This document shows, piece by piece, positions 32,342 to 43,960 of a stretch of 64,000 nt of DNA (positions within the stretch are counted from its first letter, which is position 1; each line of letters begins with the position of its first letter). The DNA is from Pachysolen tannophilus NRRL Y-2460. Its lineage: Eukaryota. A program made the translations under genes and the position numbers. The notes under the pieces were generated by a model that was not told the DNA's origin, searched no databases, and was given only the letters and a program-made list of their open reading frames with translations. The DNA lies in contig KV454018.1 of assembly GCA_001661245.1 (NCBI GenBank), forward strand, positions 245,944-309,943. Reading direction: 5' to 3'.

Positions 32342-34564
32342 ATGCTCAAGAGTATAATTAGTTATTTTTCATCATCTTCACCTACTAAGAAATCTCCTGG
32401 GGATGGTATGAATAGAGAAGATGAATCAAGACCTGCAACGGCACCTGTTTCTACATTGGGTACTTTTAAACTTCACAGTGATGGTAATGACGATGATGAT
32501 GATGACGATGATGATGATGATGATGATGGGGAGAAGAAGAATAGGAATGATGGGTTGTACCGCTCAAGGACAGGAGCACATCGGCTGTCACTGAGGCTTC
32601 TGAAGGCTGGTGCTGGTGCTGGTGTAGGTACTGGTACTGGTACTAGTACTGGCAATGTAGGGCCGGCAATAACGATAACGCCTTTAAACTCCAAAAAGAG
32701 AAATTTGAGTTTAAGGAATAGTAATGGTAATGGTAATGGAGTTGGTGTTGGAGATTGTGATGATGAGCGTGATGATCCATTCACAGATCGAAACTGTACT
32801 GTTAAACATGATGGGAATACTTTTTTACACCTGTCATCGTTGTTTAATAAAAGGCAAAAAACTGATAGTACGAGTAGTGATAGGTTAAAGTTTTCTCTAT
32901 CTACAACCAGATCAAAGTTGGGGAATACTTCTTTTACAAATCATGATGTGGCTGATAGGGATGATGACCAGAACCGTACTGTCTTGGTTGATGCTTCAAA
33001 TAAAGTTAATAAAGAGGCGGAAAATCATCAGCAACAAAAACAACAAAAACATCAACAAATGGAGACTGGAAAATATAAGAGCCTCAATGAAAAAGCAGCT
33101 CAGGAAAGGGACGAGGAAGAAGAAGAAATAGATCTGGACATTGGCAATGGCAATGGCAATGGCACTGGAGACCGTGACGATGAAACAATACAACTAGATG
33201 ATCAGAAGGGCAATGATGAAGAAAAAGAGAACGATAATGAGACTGTAGATGAAGAAGAACATGACGAGGAAGAAGAAGTTGATCAAAATAGTCTGCAAGA
33301 TGTTCCATATGAAATCAGGCATGAAATGCAATTATTAACAAAATCTTTTAAAGATTTAGATAAAAAATATAAATTGCTAGATAAAATTGGTGAAGGAACT
33401 TTTTCAACTGTTTATAAAGCAGAAACTTTAACTCAAAATAATTGGAATAATTCTTTAATTAAAGATTCAAATCAAAATAAGAAACATCAAAATAATAATA
33501 AAAAAAATAGGAAAAATAGAATAGTTGCATTGAAAAGAATTTATGTTACTTCTTCACCTCATAGAATTTATAACGAATTAAACTTATTATATAAACTAAC
33601 TGGATGTCGTAAAGTTGCTCCTTTAATAGATGCTATTAGATATCAAGATCAAGTTATAGCTGTCCTACCTTATTATCGTCATTCAGATTTTAGAGATTTT
33701 TACAGAGATTTACCTATAGATGGTATTAAGATTTACATGTATGAGTTATTATCAGCCTTAAGCTTTGTTCATTCTCATCATATTATTCATAGAGATGTTA
33801 AACCAACAAATTTTTTATATGATCCTTTTAAAGGTAGAGGAGTATTAGTTGATTTTGGTTTAGCTGAGAAAGATTTAATATTAGATAAAAAAAATACAAG
33901 TGGTTGTTCATGTTATGCAAATCATCTTAACCCTGAACGTCAAAAACAACAACCTCTGTCTTCTAGTTTCCCAATTAAATCTTATCCTAAAGATGATCAA
34001 AGACCTGCAAGAAGAGCCAATCGTGCTGGAACAAGAGGATTTAGAGCTCCAGAAGTTTTATTTAAGTGTTCTAATCAATCTACAAAGATAGATATTTGGT
34101 CTTGTGGAGTTATGCTTTTAACTTTATTAACTAGAAGATTTCCATTTTTCCATTCACCAGATGATATTGATGCAATGGTAGAATTAACAACTATATTTGG
34201 TTATAATGAGATAAAGAAATGTGCAAGATTACATGGATTAGGATTAGATACAACTATTCCAACTATTAAAGATAATCTGGGATTCCCATTAGGTCAAATT
34301 ATTCAATGGGCAGTTCAATTAGATAAAAAGGCAGAAACTTTTGCAGATGATTCTCCTGCTTTGGAAACTTTAGAAGCATTTAATGAAGATGGAGAAATAA
34401 ATATGGACAAACCAATAGGTTTAAAATTTAAAGATGCTATTGATTTAATGGAGCGCTGCTTTGACTTGAATCCACACAAGAGAATTACCGCTGATGACGC
34501 TTTAAGAATGCCTTTTTTCAAAGAATTGAATGGTGACATGGATGAAGATGTTAAATTGGATTGA
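32342..34564 (+). CDS. CDC7: DDK catalytic kinase Cdc7 with long low-complexity N-terminus
   Basis: KIGEGTFSTVYKA, ALKRIYVTSSP, HRDVKPTNFL, DFGLA, RRANRAGTRGFRAPEVLFKC. Confidence 0.97.
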   Translation: MLKSIISYFSSSSPTKKSPGDGMNREDESRPATAPVSTLGTFKLHSDGNDDDDDDDDDDDDDGEKKNRNDGLYRSRTGAHRLSLRLLKAGAGAGVGTGTGTSTGNVGPAITITPLNSKKRNLSLRNSNGNGNGVGVGDCDDERDDPFTDRNCTVKHDGNTFLHLSSLFNKRQKTDSTSSDRLKFSLSTTRSKLGNTSFTNHDVADRDDDQNRTVLVDASNKVNKEAENHQQQKQQKHQQMETGKYKSLNEKAAQERDEEEEEIDLDIGNGNGNGTGDRDDETIQLDDQKGNDEEKENDNETVDEEEHDEEEEVDQNSLQDVPYEIRHEMQLLTKSFKDLDKKYKLLDKIGEGTFSTVYKAETLTQNNWNNSLIKDSNQNKKHQNNNKKNRKNRIVALKRIYVTSSPHRIYNELNLLYKLTGCRKVAPLIDAIRYQDQVIAVLPYYRHSDFRDFYRDLPIDGIKIYMYELLSALSFVHSHHIIHRDVKPTNFLYDPFKGRGVLVDFGLAEKDLILDKKNTSGCSCYANHLNPERQKQQPLSSSFPIKSYPKDDQRPARRANRAGTRGFRAPEVLFKCSNQSTKIDIWSCGVMLLTLLTRRFPFFHSPDDIDAMVELTTIFGYNEIKKCARLHGLGLDTTIPTIKDNLGFPLGQIIQWAVQLDKKAETFADDSPALETLEAFNEDGEINMDKPIGLKFKDAIDLMERCFDLNPHKRITADDALRMPFFKELNGDMDEDVKLD

Positions 34565-34647
34565 AATTGCATATATATAAATAAAAGAAAAAAATAAAAT
34601 AAAAACTATTTCTTGCTAAAGTGTTTTTTTTTTTCCTTTTTTGAACC

Positions 34648-35610
34648 TTACGACCAAGCTCTTACCACTGCAAATGAAAAATTCACAATTACACCTGCTA
34701 CAATTGCCATCTTTGTCCTTTTTGTAAAATAATTCCAGCTATCTAATTTCAATAAAAATAAGGCCAATACACCCAATAGACTTCCAACTAATATCCCAAC
34801 CAATAAATCTGTATTTGTATCTATATTACCTCCACCAGCGCGTGTATTATTAATTCCACCTGTCATGGTGTTAAAATCATCGATTTCGTTATTCACAGTA
34901 CTATCTATCCAACGATCTTCCAATTGTCTAATATCCTCACTATTTCCCGAATGTAGGACATCTCCATACAACTGTGCAAACTGTCTTCTTAGTTCTGAAA
35001 TATCCTGTTGTGAAAATCCTTGGGATAATAATCTATCAAACCCCATTGGTGCAGGAGTTGTAGTTTGACGTTGTTGTTGTTGTGAAGAATCCAAAGCTTC
35101 TTCATTAGCTAATTCCTCTGCAGTAAGCTGTTCTCCAACCAAACAGTGAATGTATATTTTCTCTGGTCCCAGGTGTTGTTCATTTTCTAGTTCAGATTCT
35201 AGTACTGGTGCTCGTGCTGATTTATCAGCACGAGCACTAGAATCAGCACTAGCACTAGCACTAGCACTAGAACCAGAACCAACACCGGTATTATCCAAGG
35301 GCACTCTTTTCTTCAACCGTAAAATCTGTTCTCCAAAATCCTTATTGTTTGTCAAGACTTTACCCCCATATATAAACCTCAACCGCCTTGTCTTTGTTTC
35401 CTCTGGTCTCAAATTTCTTATCGTCTTCCTTAACCATACCGCCGTCAAATGGCTAGCATCTGTAATCGGAACACTTAAATCCCGACTATTATCAGAAAAC
35501 TTTATTATAAACTGATAATTACTATTACCACTCATACTCATACTCGAATTAAGATTCGAATTAAGATTCGCATTAGAATTGGAATTAGAACCAGCACTCG
35601 ACATGATCAT
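34648..35610 (-). CDS. DSC3: Dsc E3 ligase complex subunit Dsc3
   Basis: Ubiquitin-like RLRFIYGGK, YIHCLVG, GFDRLLSQGFS, LEDRWIDS, two C-terminal TM segments. Confidence 0.9.
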   Translation of the reverse strand: MIMSSAGSNSNSNANLNSNLNSSMSMSGNSNYQFIIKFSDNSRDLSVPITDASHLTAVWLRKTIRNLRPEETKTRRLRFIYGGKVLTNNKDFGEQILRLKKRVPLDNTGVGSGSSASASASADSSARADKSARAPVLESELENEQHLGPEKIYIHCLVGEQLTAEELANEEALDSSQQQQRQTTTPAPMGFDRLLSQGFSQQDISELRRQFAQLYGDVLHSGNSEDIRQLEDRWIDSTVNNEIDDFNTMTGGINNTRAGGGNIDTNTDLLVGILVGSLLGVLALFLLKLDSWNYFTKRTKMAIVAGVIVNFSFAVVRAWS

Positions 35611-35905
35611 TAATCTCCAATAAAAGTTGATAAGATACAGGGTGTTATCAACTTCTTAGGACAGCTTTGCACACTAAAATAAAAAAAATACAGTGGTCGT
35701 GTTTGAAAACACAAACAAATCAAATCTGCCAAAAAAATTTAAAAAAATTAAAACAATCGACGTGTCAGTAGCAACAGCAGTGAAAAATTTAAAAAAAATT
35801 TTTTTTATTTTTTTCGTCTTTTCTATATAAAAGAATGAGATCTTTCTACTCATCTCATAATTTATTATTTTTATTTTTTTTTTTTTTTCTTTTCTCTTTG
35901 TGCGG

Positions 35906-36125
35906 AAAACCAGTACTAAATATACCGTGTTGCTTTTTAATATAATATAAGAATTGGTATGTCAACTTTTTCTTTTGAATTAAAAGGCGTCAAGTACTTG
36001 GAGAGATAAACCTTCTTTTTTAAGAGACCATCTTAATGCCCTTTCGTATTATTATATGTCGCGTTTAATTTCTTTTATGAGATTAAACGTGTTGGATTTT
36101 GCGAGGGATGGTAGGTCAAACATTT
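35906..36125 (+). ncRNA. SNR35: H/ACA box snoRNA, snR35 orthologue (guide for 18S U1191 pseudouridylation); ends approximate
   Basis: Hairpin 1 with pocket CCGTGTT (35925-35931) / GTCAA (35989-35993), complementary to 18S UUGAC-U-C-AACACGG; upper stem GCTTTTTAAT/ATTAAAAGGC; H box AGATAA 36004-36009; hairpin 2; ACA at 36120-36122. RRPE-like, TATA and PAC-like motifs upstream; divergent from DSC3 as in S. cerevisiae. Confidence 0.88.
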
Positions 36126-36200
36126 TATTTTTTATTTAGTAGGAAAAACAAAACTAAAAAAAACAAAAAAAACTAAAGTCTATATGTAGTAGCTACTTGA

Positions 36201-37198
36201 TTATTTTCTTCTTCTGCCTCCGTTCTTTTGGGCCCCATAGAGGACTTTTCCATTGGGTAACTCTAATTTTTTATCATTTTTCCTTTTTTTCAATTTTTTC
36301 AGATCAGTATTTGTAGTATAATCTTCCAGTGTTGAAGATTGTTGTTGTTGTTGTTCTTCAATTGGGGTAATCTTCCAAGAAGGAATTGTTTTAGCCATGA
36401 GAAGATTCCAAATATAAACCGGTAATCTATAAATAAGACTATCTTTAAAAGTAGGATCTTTAATTTCATCACTAGTAACTTTATGTAAATTAATTCTTGT
36501 ACCCTTTTCATCTTCTTCAATAAGGTAAACTCCATCATTTCTAATTAAAAATTTTGAATCTTTTTTTTCATCAGAACTAGTTATAATTTTTTCTTGTTCA
36601 TTATTTAAATTTCCAGTTGTTACTTGTGCTGCTTTTTGTAAATCATTTAAAAGTAATTCAATTCTTTTTTTATCCAGTTTTCTTTGTAATATTATTGAAC
36701 AAAAATGTAAAATACTTATAATTAAAAATAAAATAATTAAAGTTAAAATTAAACCAGGTTTAAATTTTGTATAAAAATAATCTGAACCATTATATTTTGG
36801 AAATCCATTTTTTAAAAAAAAATCATAACGATCTTTTTTATCACTTCTTAAAATATCTCCTATAATTGATAACCTTTCAAATCTTTCATTATTTAATTTT
36901 TTTAATTTTTTATATGATCCTTTAATTACTTGATTTTTTTTTGTTTATTAAAATTTTGAGTAAATTTATCTGGATGTAAAGTTCTTGAAATTTTTTTAAA
37001 TGCTCTATTAATCTCTTCAAATGATGATTTTGGTCCATTGGATAAATTAAGCCATTTATAAAAATCATAATTTTCACCTAAATCTTTTTTTAATTCATAA
37101 TTTATTCTAAAAATTTCTCGATCAGTAGATGACCAACCACAGGCTATAAACCCAACAAAGAATAACAAGATCAACACTATATGACTTGTCAATTTCAT
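36201..37198 (-). CDS. ERJ5: ER J-domain protein Erj5 (apparent 1-nt frameshift in A9 run, 36934-36942)
   Basis: Signal peptide and J-domain LHPDK. Shifted frame continues ERFERLSIIGDILR...RYDFFLKNGFPKYNGSDYFYTKFKPG, a TM helix, then joins ORF 36201-36398 (LELPNGKV). Confidence 0.88.
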
Positions 37199-37394
37199 GG
37201 TTTCAAATAAGTTTTATAACCTAAAATAAAATAAAAATATAAAAAAAAAACACTTTAAAAATTTTTTTTGTTATTTTATTTTTAATTTTTTCTTTGGTGT
37301 ATTTTTATAGTAATTTTTTAATATAAAATTATTATTTTTATTATTTTTATTTTTATTATTATTATTATTAAAACAACAAAAATTGTTTAATCAA

Positions 37395-38027
37395 ATGGCG
37401 TTTGGTTTCACCAAGGAGAGTTATCTCTTAAACTATAACCGGTTGTTTGCATTGTTATGGATTTCTGTGATTGCTAGGTTTTCTATATTATTACCATTAG
37501 TTGGTAATAAATTTTTACCTGGTGGGATTGCAGATTATTTTTTATCTGTACAGCTGTTAACATGTCTTTTTGATTTATTTAATGTTATTACAAAAATCAT
37601 TGAAATTAAAAATTCAAATTTATTTATATTGAATTTTATATCTAAACTGTTAATTTCATCAATACTTTTACAATATCCAAAGATTGCTAGAAATGAAAGT
37701 TTTAGTACATTAATTATTTCATGGAGTTTACAAGAATTTTTTAAAAATTTATACATGATTTTTAAAATTAGAAATAAAGGTATTTATAAAGTTCCTTATT
37801 TAATATATTGGTTTTATTCAAATAATTTCATTTTAGTTTATCCATTAAGAGTATTAAGTGAAATTGCTATTATTTTCTTATCCCTTAGATATGCTCAAGC
37901 ATATAAAAAATCATTAGGTTTAATAATAATACTGTACCTTTTCATATTTGTTAAAATTTATTCAACTATGTTTTCAAGAAGAAATTCTAAAAAATATGAA
38001 TATTACTACCACAAGAAACACGATTAG
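37395..38027 (+). CDS. KEG1: ER membrane protein Keg1 (Kre6-binding), PTPLA-like
   Basis: LLPLVGNKFLPGGIADY motif; multi-TM; C-terminal KKHD; divergent from ERJ5 as YFR041C/YFR042W. Confidence 0.8.
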   Translation: MAFGFTKESYLLNYNRLFALLWISVIARFSILLPLVGNKFLPGGIADYFLSVQLLTCLFDLFNVITKIIEIKNSNLFILNFISKLLISSILLQYPKIARNESFSTLIISWSLQEFFKNLYMIFKIRNKGIYKVPYLIYWFYSNNFILVYPLRVLSEIAIIFLSLRYAQAYKKSLGLIIILYLFIFVKIYSTMFSRRNSKKYEYYYHKKHD

Positions 38028-38119
38028 ATAAAATTTTCATTTCCATCTATTCATATATATAAATAACTATATATAATTATATATATATATATATATATAA
38101 TAATATCCCTTTATTTCAT

Positions 38120-38502
38120 TTAAACATAAATACCTAAAGAATTACTTAAAAATAAGAAACCAAAACCAAGTGCAAAACTAGATATAATACTTAAAATTAT
38201 CAATCTAAATAAATTAGATATACAACCACTCAGCTTTGATTCAGATGAAGGATAAAGAATATACATCATAAGAATTGAAATTCCTCCAATTATTAATAAT
38301 AATATCGATAATAATTTTTGATTATCAAGTGAAATCATTTCCTTATACTCAGTAGCATCTTTAAATTCATTCTAATTTTTTTTTAAAAAATATGATATTA
38401 TTTAGTTAGTTCAATTTCATTCTCTGTACTTACGAGAACCATAATTCTTATATACTTTATATTTATAATTATACTCACTAGAAGTTCCATAAATAAACTC
38501 AT
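38120..38502 (-). CDS. OST5: Oligosaccharyltransferase subunit Ost5/TMEM258, two exons (38479-38502, 38120-38371)
   Basis: MSLFMELL|NEFKDATEYKEMISLDNQ via GTGAGT...AACTAAC...TAG; two TM helices; ends SNSLGIYV; next to MTC3. Confidence 0.85.
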
Positions 38503-38718
38503 CTTGATTCAACCTATTAATTGATTTTAAACGTGTTCTTATTATTGAGAAAGGACAAATAATTAAATTAAATATTAAAGAAAAAATGGAAAAAAATTAA
38601 AAAAATCAAAAAGAAAAAAAGAAAAATTGAACGAGAAAACAAACAAAGAAACAAAGAAATTTAAAATATAAAAATCAATTGATTAATTAAATTGATTATA
38701 GAACCATTTAAATTGGAT

Positions 38719-39177
38719 ATGATTCGACTGATTGGTGGGCGTCAAGGTTCTTTATTTGTATATAATAAAACTTTTAGTATTATTAGAGGTGTTTATGGTA
38801 TTAATGGTATAAGATTTCAAACAACAGTGGTTGAAGTTGAAGAAAATGATGAATTTCAACCTCCAGATTTGACAAAATTACCACAACGTTGGATGAAATT
38901 AAAACAAGATGATCAAAATGATATAGTGGATTATTTAAATGATCAACAGGAAAAAAATTGGAAAACACAATTATCAATACAAGAAAAAAAAGCTCTTTAT
39001 TATTTGGCTTATGGTAATTGGGGGCCGAGAGATAAAAATGGTCTGAATTTTATGGAATTTCTGTTTAGACTCTTTACCAGTTCTGTTCTTTTCACGGTGT
39101 TGGGGTTTAGCTACTTGAACTACAGGAAAGATAAGGAAACCATTGCTAAGATAGAGAGACAACAAGAAGTTGAGTAA
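38719..39177 (+). CDS. MTC3: Mitochondrial COX4-family paralog Mtc3-like
   Basis: PPDLTKLPQRW...EKKALYYLAYGNWGPR plus TM; presequence-like start; divergent from OST5 as YGL226C-A/YGL226W. Confidence 0.75.
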   Translation: MIRLIGGRQGSLFVYNKTFSIIRGVYGINGIRFQTTVVEVEENDEFQPPDLTKLPQRWMKLKQDDQNDIVDYLNDQQEKNWKTQLSIQEKKALYYLAYGNWGPRDKNGLNFMEFLFRLFTSSVLFTVLGFSYLNYRKDKETIAKIERQQEVE

Positions 39178-39411
39178 GAACTTGTATTTAGTTAAATAGT
39201 TATTCATCGTCGTCGTCGTCGTCATCGTCGTCATCGTCGTTGTTAAATAAAATTAATGATCAAAATTTGTATACACGACCTTGATATTTTAGATTAAAAT
39301 TAAATTTAAATTAATTATTAATATAAATTATAATTAATATAACTATAATTAATTAATTAATTGATTGATTGATTAGTAGGAGTGGCGTGTAGAGCATTTA
39401 ATTTATTGTTC

Positions 39412-41964
39412 ATGTCTCGTCGTGTGAGTAGCCGCGTTAACTATAGAGAATTAAATACTCCAGATGAATTATTAGAAAATGATGATGATGAAAAAGTATA
39501 TTCTTCAGATTCTTCAAATACAAGTATAGCTTCAGATTATGGAGATTTACCAACAGCAAGTGGGGCTTTAAAGAAGAAGAATAAACTTGAAAGATCCATG
39601 GATGATTTGAAATCAAGACATAAAGATATAGAGTTTAGGGATGATGAGTTGATAAGTGCGCTGTCTTTGGAAAAACCTTTAGATTATATTCCTGATTCAG
39701 TTTCACATTTATTTGGTGGTAGTGATTTTTCATATTTAAAATTAAAACCTGATCATGCATCAAGACCTTTATGGATTTCCCCCAATAATGGTGTTGTAAT
39801 TTTGGAAAAATCTTCTCCATTATTTGCTCAAGCAGAAGATTTTTTAACTACTATTTCAGAACCAGTAAGTCGTCCAACTTTTATTCATGAATATAGAATT
39901 ACAGCTTATTCTTTATATGCTGCTGTTTCAGTTGGTTTAGAAACTGATGATATTATTAGTGTATTGAGTAGGTTATCAAAAGTGCCTGTTGCTCCTTCAA
40001 TTATAAATTTTATTAAAAGTGCTACAATTTCATATGGTAAAGTTAAATTAGTTTTAAAAAATACAAGATATTATTTAGAAAGTAATCAAAAAGATATTTT
40101 AAAAATCTTATTGAATGATGAAGTTATTGGCCCATTAAGAATCCAACGTGATTTAAATGATGAAGAACAAATAGTACAAGAAAAGGCTTCAACCATGAAT
40201 GGACTTGTGATTCCAGGAACTTTAAAACCAGATGGTACAAGAGTTAATGAAGAAGAAAAACTTTTAACATCTCAAGGTAATGAAGATGAAATTGAACAAA
40301 TTTTTTCCTCTGTTATCGGTGATGGGAAAGATGATGATGATGAAGATGATGTTGTACATAGCTTTGAAATTTCACATGAATCAGTAGAAGTTGTAAAGAA
40401 AAGATGTCAAGAAATTGATTACCCTGTATTAGAAGAATATGATTTTAAAAATGATTTAAGAAATCCAAACTTGGAAATCGATTTAAAACCTTCTACTCAA
40501 ATTAGACCATACCAAGAAAAATCTTTGAGTAAAATGTTTGGTAATGGACGTGCTAGATCAGGTATCATTGTATTACCTTGTGGTGCTGGTAAAACATTAG
40601 TTGGAATAACTGCTGCATGTACAATAAAAAAATCTTGTATTGTATTATGTACTTCTTCAGTATCAGTACTGCAATGGAGACAACAATTTTTACAATGGTC
40701 AACTCTACAACCAGAACAAGTTGCAGTTTTCACTTCAGATAATAAAGAAATGTTTTCTACAGAATCAGGTTTGGTAGTTTCTACTTATTCAATGGTTGCT
40801 AATACAAGAAATAGATCTCATGATTCTCAAAAAGTTATGGATTTTTTAACTAGTAGAGAATGGGGGTTTTTAATATTGGATGAAGTTCATGTTGTACCAG
40901 CTGCAATGTTTAGAAGGGTTGTTACTACTATAGCTGCACATTCTAAATTAGGATTAACAGCAACTTTAGTTCGAGAAGATGATAAAATTGGAGATTTGAA
41001 TTTTCTTATTGGACCAAAATTATATGAAGCAAATTGGATGGATTTAGCTGAAAAGGGACATATTGCAAATGTTCAATGTGCTGAAGTATGGTGTCCAATG
41101 ACATCTGAATTTTATCAAGAATATTTAAAACAAAGTGCAAGAAAGAGAATGTTATTATATATAATGAATCCAACAAAATTTCAAGCTTGTCAATTTCTTA
41201 TACAATTTCATGAACAAAGAGGTGATAAAATTATTGTATTTTCAGATAATGTTTATGCTTTGAGAGAATATGCATTGAAATTAGGTAAACCTTTTATTTA
41301 TGGATCAACTTCTCAACAAGAACGTATGAAAATTTTACAAAATTTTCAATATAATGATGAAATTAATACAATTTTTCTTTCAAAAGTTGGAGATACATCT
41401 ATTGATTTACCTGAAGCTACATGTTTAATTCAAATATCTTCACATTATGGTTCAAGACGTCAAGAAGCTCAAAGATTAGGTAGAATCTTGAGAGCTAAAA
41501 GAAGAAATGATGAAGGTTTTAATGCTTTTTTCTATTCTTTGGTATCTAAGGATACACAAGAAATGTATTATTCTACTAAAAGACAAGCTTTTTTGGTTGA
41601 TCAAGGTTATGCATTCAAAGTAATAACACATTTGCACGGTATGGAAAACTTACCAAATTTGGCATATGCATCTGCAAGAGAAAGAAGAGAATTATTACAA
41701 GAGGTATTATTGAAGAATGAAGATGCAGCAGGAATTGAAGTTGGTGATGATGCAGAAAATTTCATTCGTGGAGGAGTAAGTAAAAGAGTTAGAGGAAATA
41801 ATAACAACGCTCAAAGATCACTGGCATCTAGAAGTGCAGGTTCTTTAGCAAGTTTGGCCGGTGGTGAAGATATGGCATATATTGAATACAGTAAAAACAA
41901 GAATAGGGAATTAAAAGAACATCATCCTTTGATTCAAAAGATGTATTACAAAAAGAAAAAATAA
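39412..41964 (+). CDS. SSL2: TFIIH helicase/translocase XPB (Ssl2/Rad25)
   Basis: [42 protein letters not shown] at 39412. Confidence 0.98.
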   Translation: MSRRVSSRVNYRELNTPDELLENDDDEKVYSSDSSNTSIASDYGDLPTASGALKKKNKLERSMDDLKSRHKDIEFRDDELISALSLEKPLDYIPDSVSHLFGGSDFSYLKLKPDHASRPLWISPNNGVVILEKSSPLFAQAEDFLTTISEPVSRPTFIHEYRITAYSLYAAVSVGLETDDIISVLSRLSKVPVAPSIINFIKSATISYGKVKLVLKNTRYYLESNQKDILKILLNDEVIGPLRIQRDLNDEEQIVQEKASTMNGLVIPGTLKPDGTRVNEEEKLLTSQGNEDEIEQIFSSVIGDGKDDDDEDDVVHSFEISHESVEVVKKRCQEIDYPVLEEYDFKNDLRNPNLEIDLKPSTQIRPYQEKSLSKMFGNGRARSGIIVLPCGAGKTLVGITAACTIKKSCIVLCTSSVSVLQWRQQFLQWSTLQPEQVAVFTSDNKEMFSTESGLVVSTYSMVANTRNRSHDSQKVMDFLTSREWGFLILDEVHVVPAAMFRRVVTTIAAHSKLGLTATLVREDDKIGDLNFLIGPKLYEANWMDLAEKGHIANVQCAEVWCPMTSEFYQEYLKQSARKRMLLYIMNPTKFQACQFLIQFHEQRGDKIIVFSDNVYALREYALKLGKPFIYGSTSQQERMKILQNFQYNDEINTIFLSKVGDTSIDLPEATCLIQISSHYGSRRQEAQRLGRILRAKRRNDEGFNAFFYSLVSKDTQEMYYSTKRQAFLVDQGYAFKVITHLHGMENLPNLAYASARERRELLQEVLLKNEDAAGIEVGDDAENFIRGGVSKRVRGNNNNAQRSLASRSAGSLASLAGGEDMAYIEYSKNKNRELKEHHPLIQKMYYKKKK

Positions 41965-43960
41965 AGAGTAATACATAAATTTATTATGGGTGCTGAATTT
42001 TTTTTTTCTTTTTTTTTTGCTTTTATCATCATTATGAATTTTTTATCTTGTGTTTCTTTTTTTTCTTGTTTTCTAGTTTATCTCACTAAACTATATGATT
42101 TATGTAACAGTAGTAACTTATTATTATTATTATTTTATTTTTTTTTTTCCATGCATTTATTCTCTTCTGTTGTCTTTAAAGCATAATCGAAAACCAGCAA
42201 CAAAGTAATATTTAAATTATTCAATTATTTTAAAGTTAGGTAGAAACCTGCACCTGCTTCAATATTATAATTTAGAAGCTACAAGTGAATACATGAATAT
42301 GTTTGAACTAACTATCTTTTATTACAAAGAAAACAGTAATATAAAAAGAAGGTATTCTTTCCCCACCTTTTTTATTTTTTTTTTTTTTTTTGTGGTTCAA
42401 TAAAGGTTTTAAATCTTGATCTATAATATCTTTGCGTAGTTTTCACTTTAATAACTGGAAAGTTTTAATTTTCCTTTATCCATTAGATAATTTAGCAATC
42501 ATCCAAAAAACCAAAAAAAAACATGAAGCAAACATGTTTCACTTAGGGTTATTCCAGGGAAAAAGAACGACTAGCTAATCTAGACTTTTCTTTACAAGTT
42601 TTCCATCTAGAATCTTCGATCAAACCCCCCGTTAGATGCAAGATATTAATGCTAATATTCAAAGGTTTTATTACTTTTTTGAAAAGATATAAGATCATTT
42701 TAATTTTTTTTGTAAATAAAAATGTGAAAAAAGGGCTCAAAATAAATGATATTTCTTCTTATTCGTGAAATATTCAAAACTGTGTATCTTTTTCTTTTTT
42801 TTTCTTGTTTTTTTGGAATGATTATAATTTTGTTTTAGCGGACATTATCTCATCGCATGAGATGCAAAAATTGACTCACAATGCCTTTATCTTGATGTAC
42901 TGTAATGCAATTTGTAAAAAATTACACACAGAGACAATAATAAGTTGAAAATCAGGAGAAAAAAGGGACAACAACGAGCCTAACTATCTCAAAAATTTGC
43001 TATGGTATTTTATGAAATAAGTTTCCTGTTTAACTCATATATATTTATGTCCGTTGATGGCAATCAAATCAAGCATAAAATTAGAGAACTTAAACTTTAA
43101 TTTTTAAGCGAAACTTTAAATTTATTAGGGGTTTTTAACTGCAAGTACAACCAATATCATTGAATAGATAATATACAATTAAGATCAATGTGATTATCAA
43201 AGTTGAAGTATATAATTATTCTAATTACAATTACAATTACAATTTATGAAAAATTTTTATTTTGATTATTATATCCTGTTTTTAACTTGAATATCCAGGT
43301 AAATTTTTAAAGAAATAAGAGCTTGAAAATTTTAAACTTTCCATTTGCTCCTTCGACTTACTTCTTTCGTAAAACATTTGCTCTTATAATACATAAAAGT
43401 TTATATTACTTTTGTCAAAAAAAAAAACCATCTTGAGAAGAAGAAAATAGACTTTAAACTTCTACAATCTTTTTCTGTTCTTTTTTTGCTTTAATACCTT
43501 GATTCAGCATAAGGAATTCAAGAAAATCTTTTTATGGCGCATAAAATAGATTGATGCCTTTAAGTAAAACGTAGATTCTTAATCTTATAACTACCTTTTT
43601 TCTGATTGTTGGTAAAAGATTTATTACTTGGCTTGCCATGTAAATGCCGTTTCCCAGATAATTAGTTTACAGCATAAATTCAAATCTTCAAGTCATTCAT
43701 CCTTAAAAAAAGCAAACATCCCAATGGTTTACAAAAAAAGTTTCTTTTAAGTTTCAAAATCAAATTATTGCAAAAAAAAAAATCTAAACTGCTTAAGTTT
43801 TCAATTTTTAGTATACTTATATTTGATTTTAAAATATTCAAAAAGCAGGGCCATAGTTAGAAAATTGATTTTATTTCAAGCTTTTTTTTTTTTCAAGTAG
43901 AGTTTTATACCCCCTTTGTAATATATATCAATAAAAAAAAAAAAAAACTAACTACCAATA

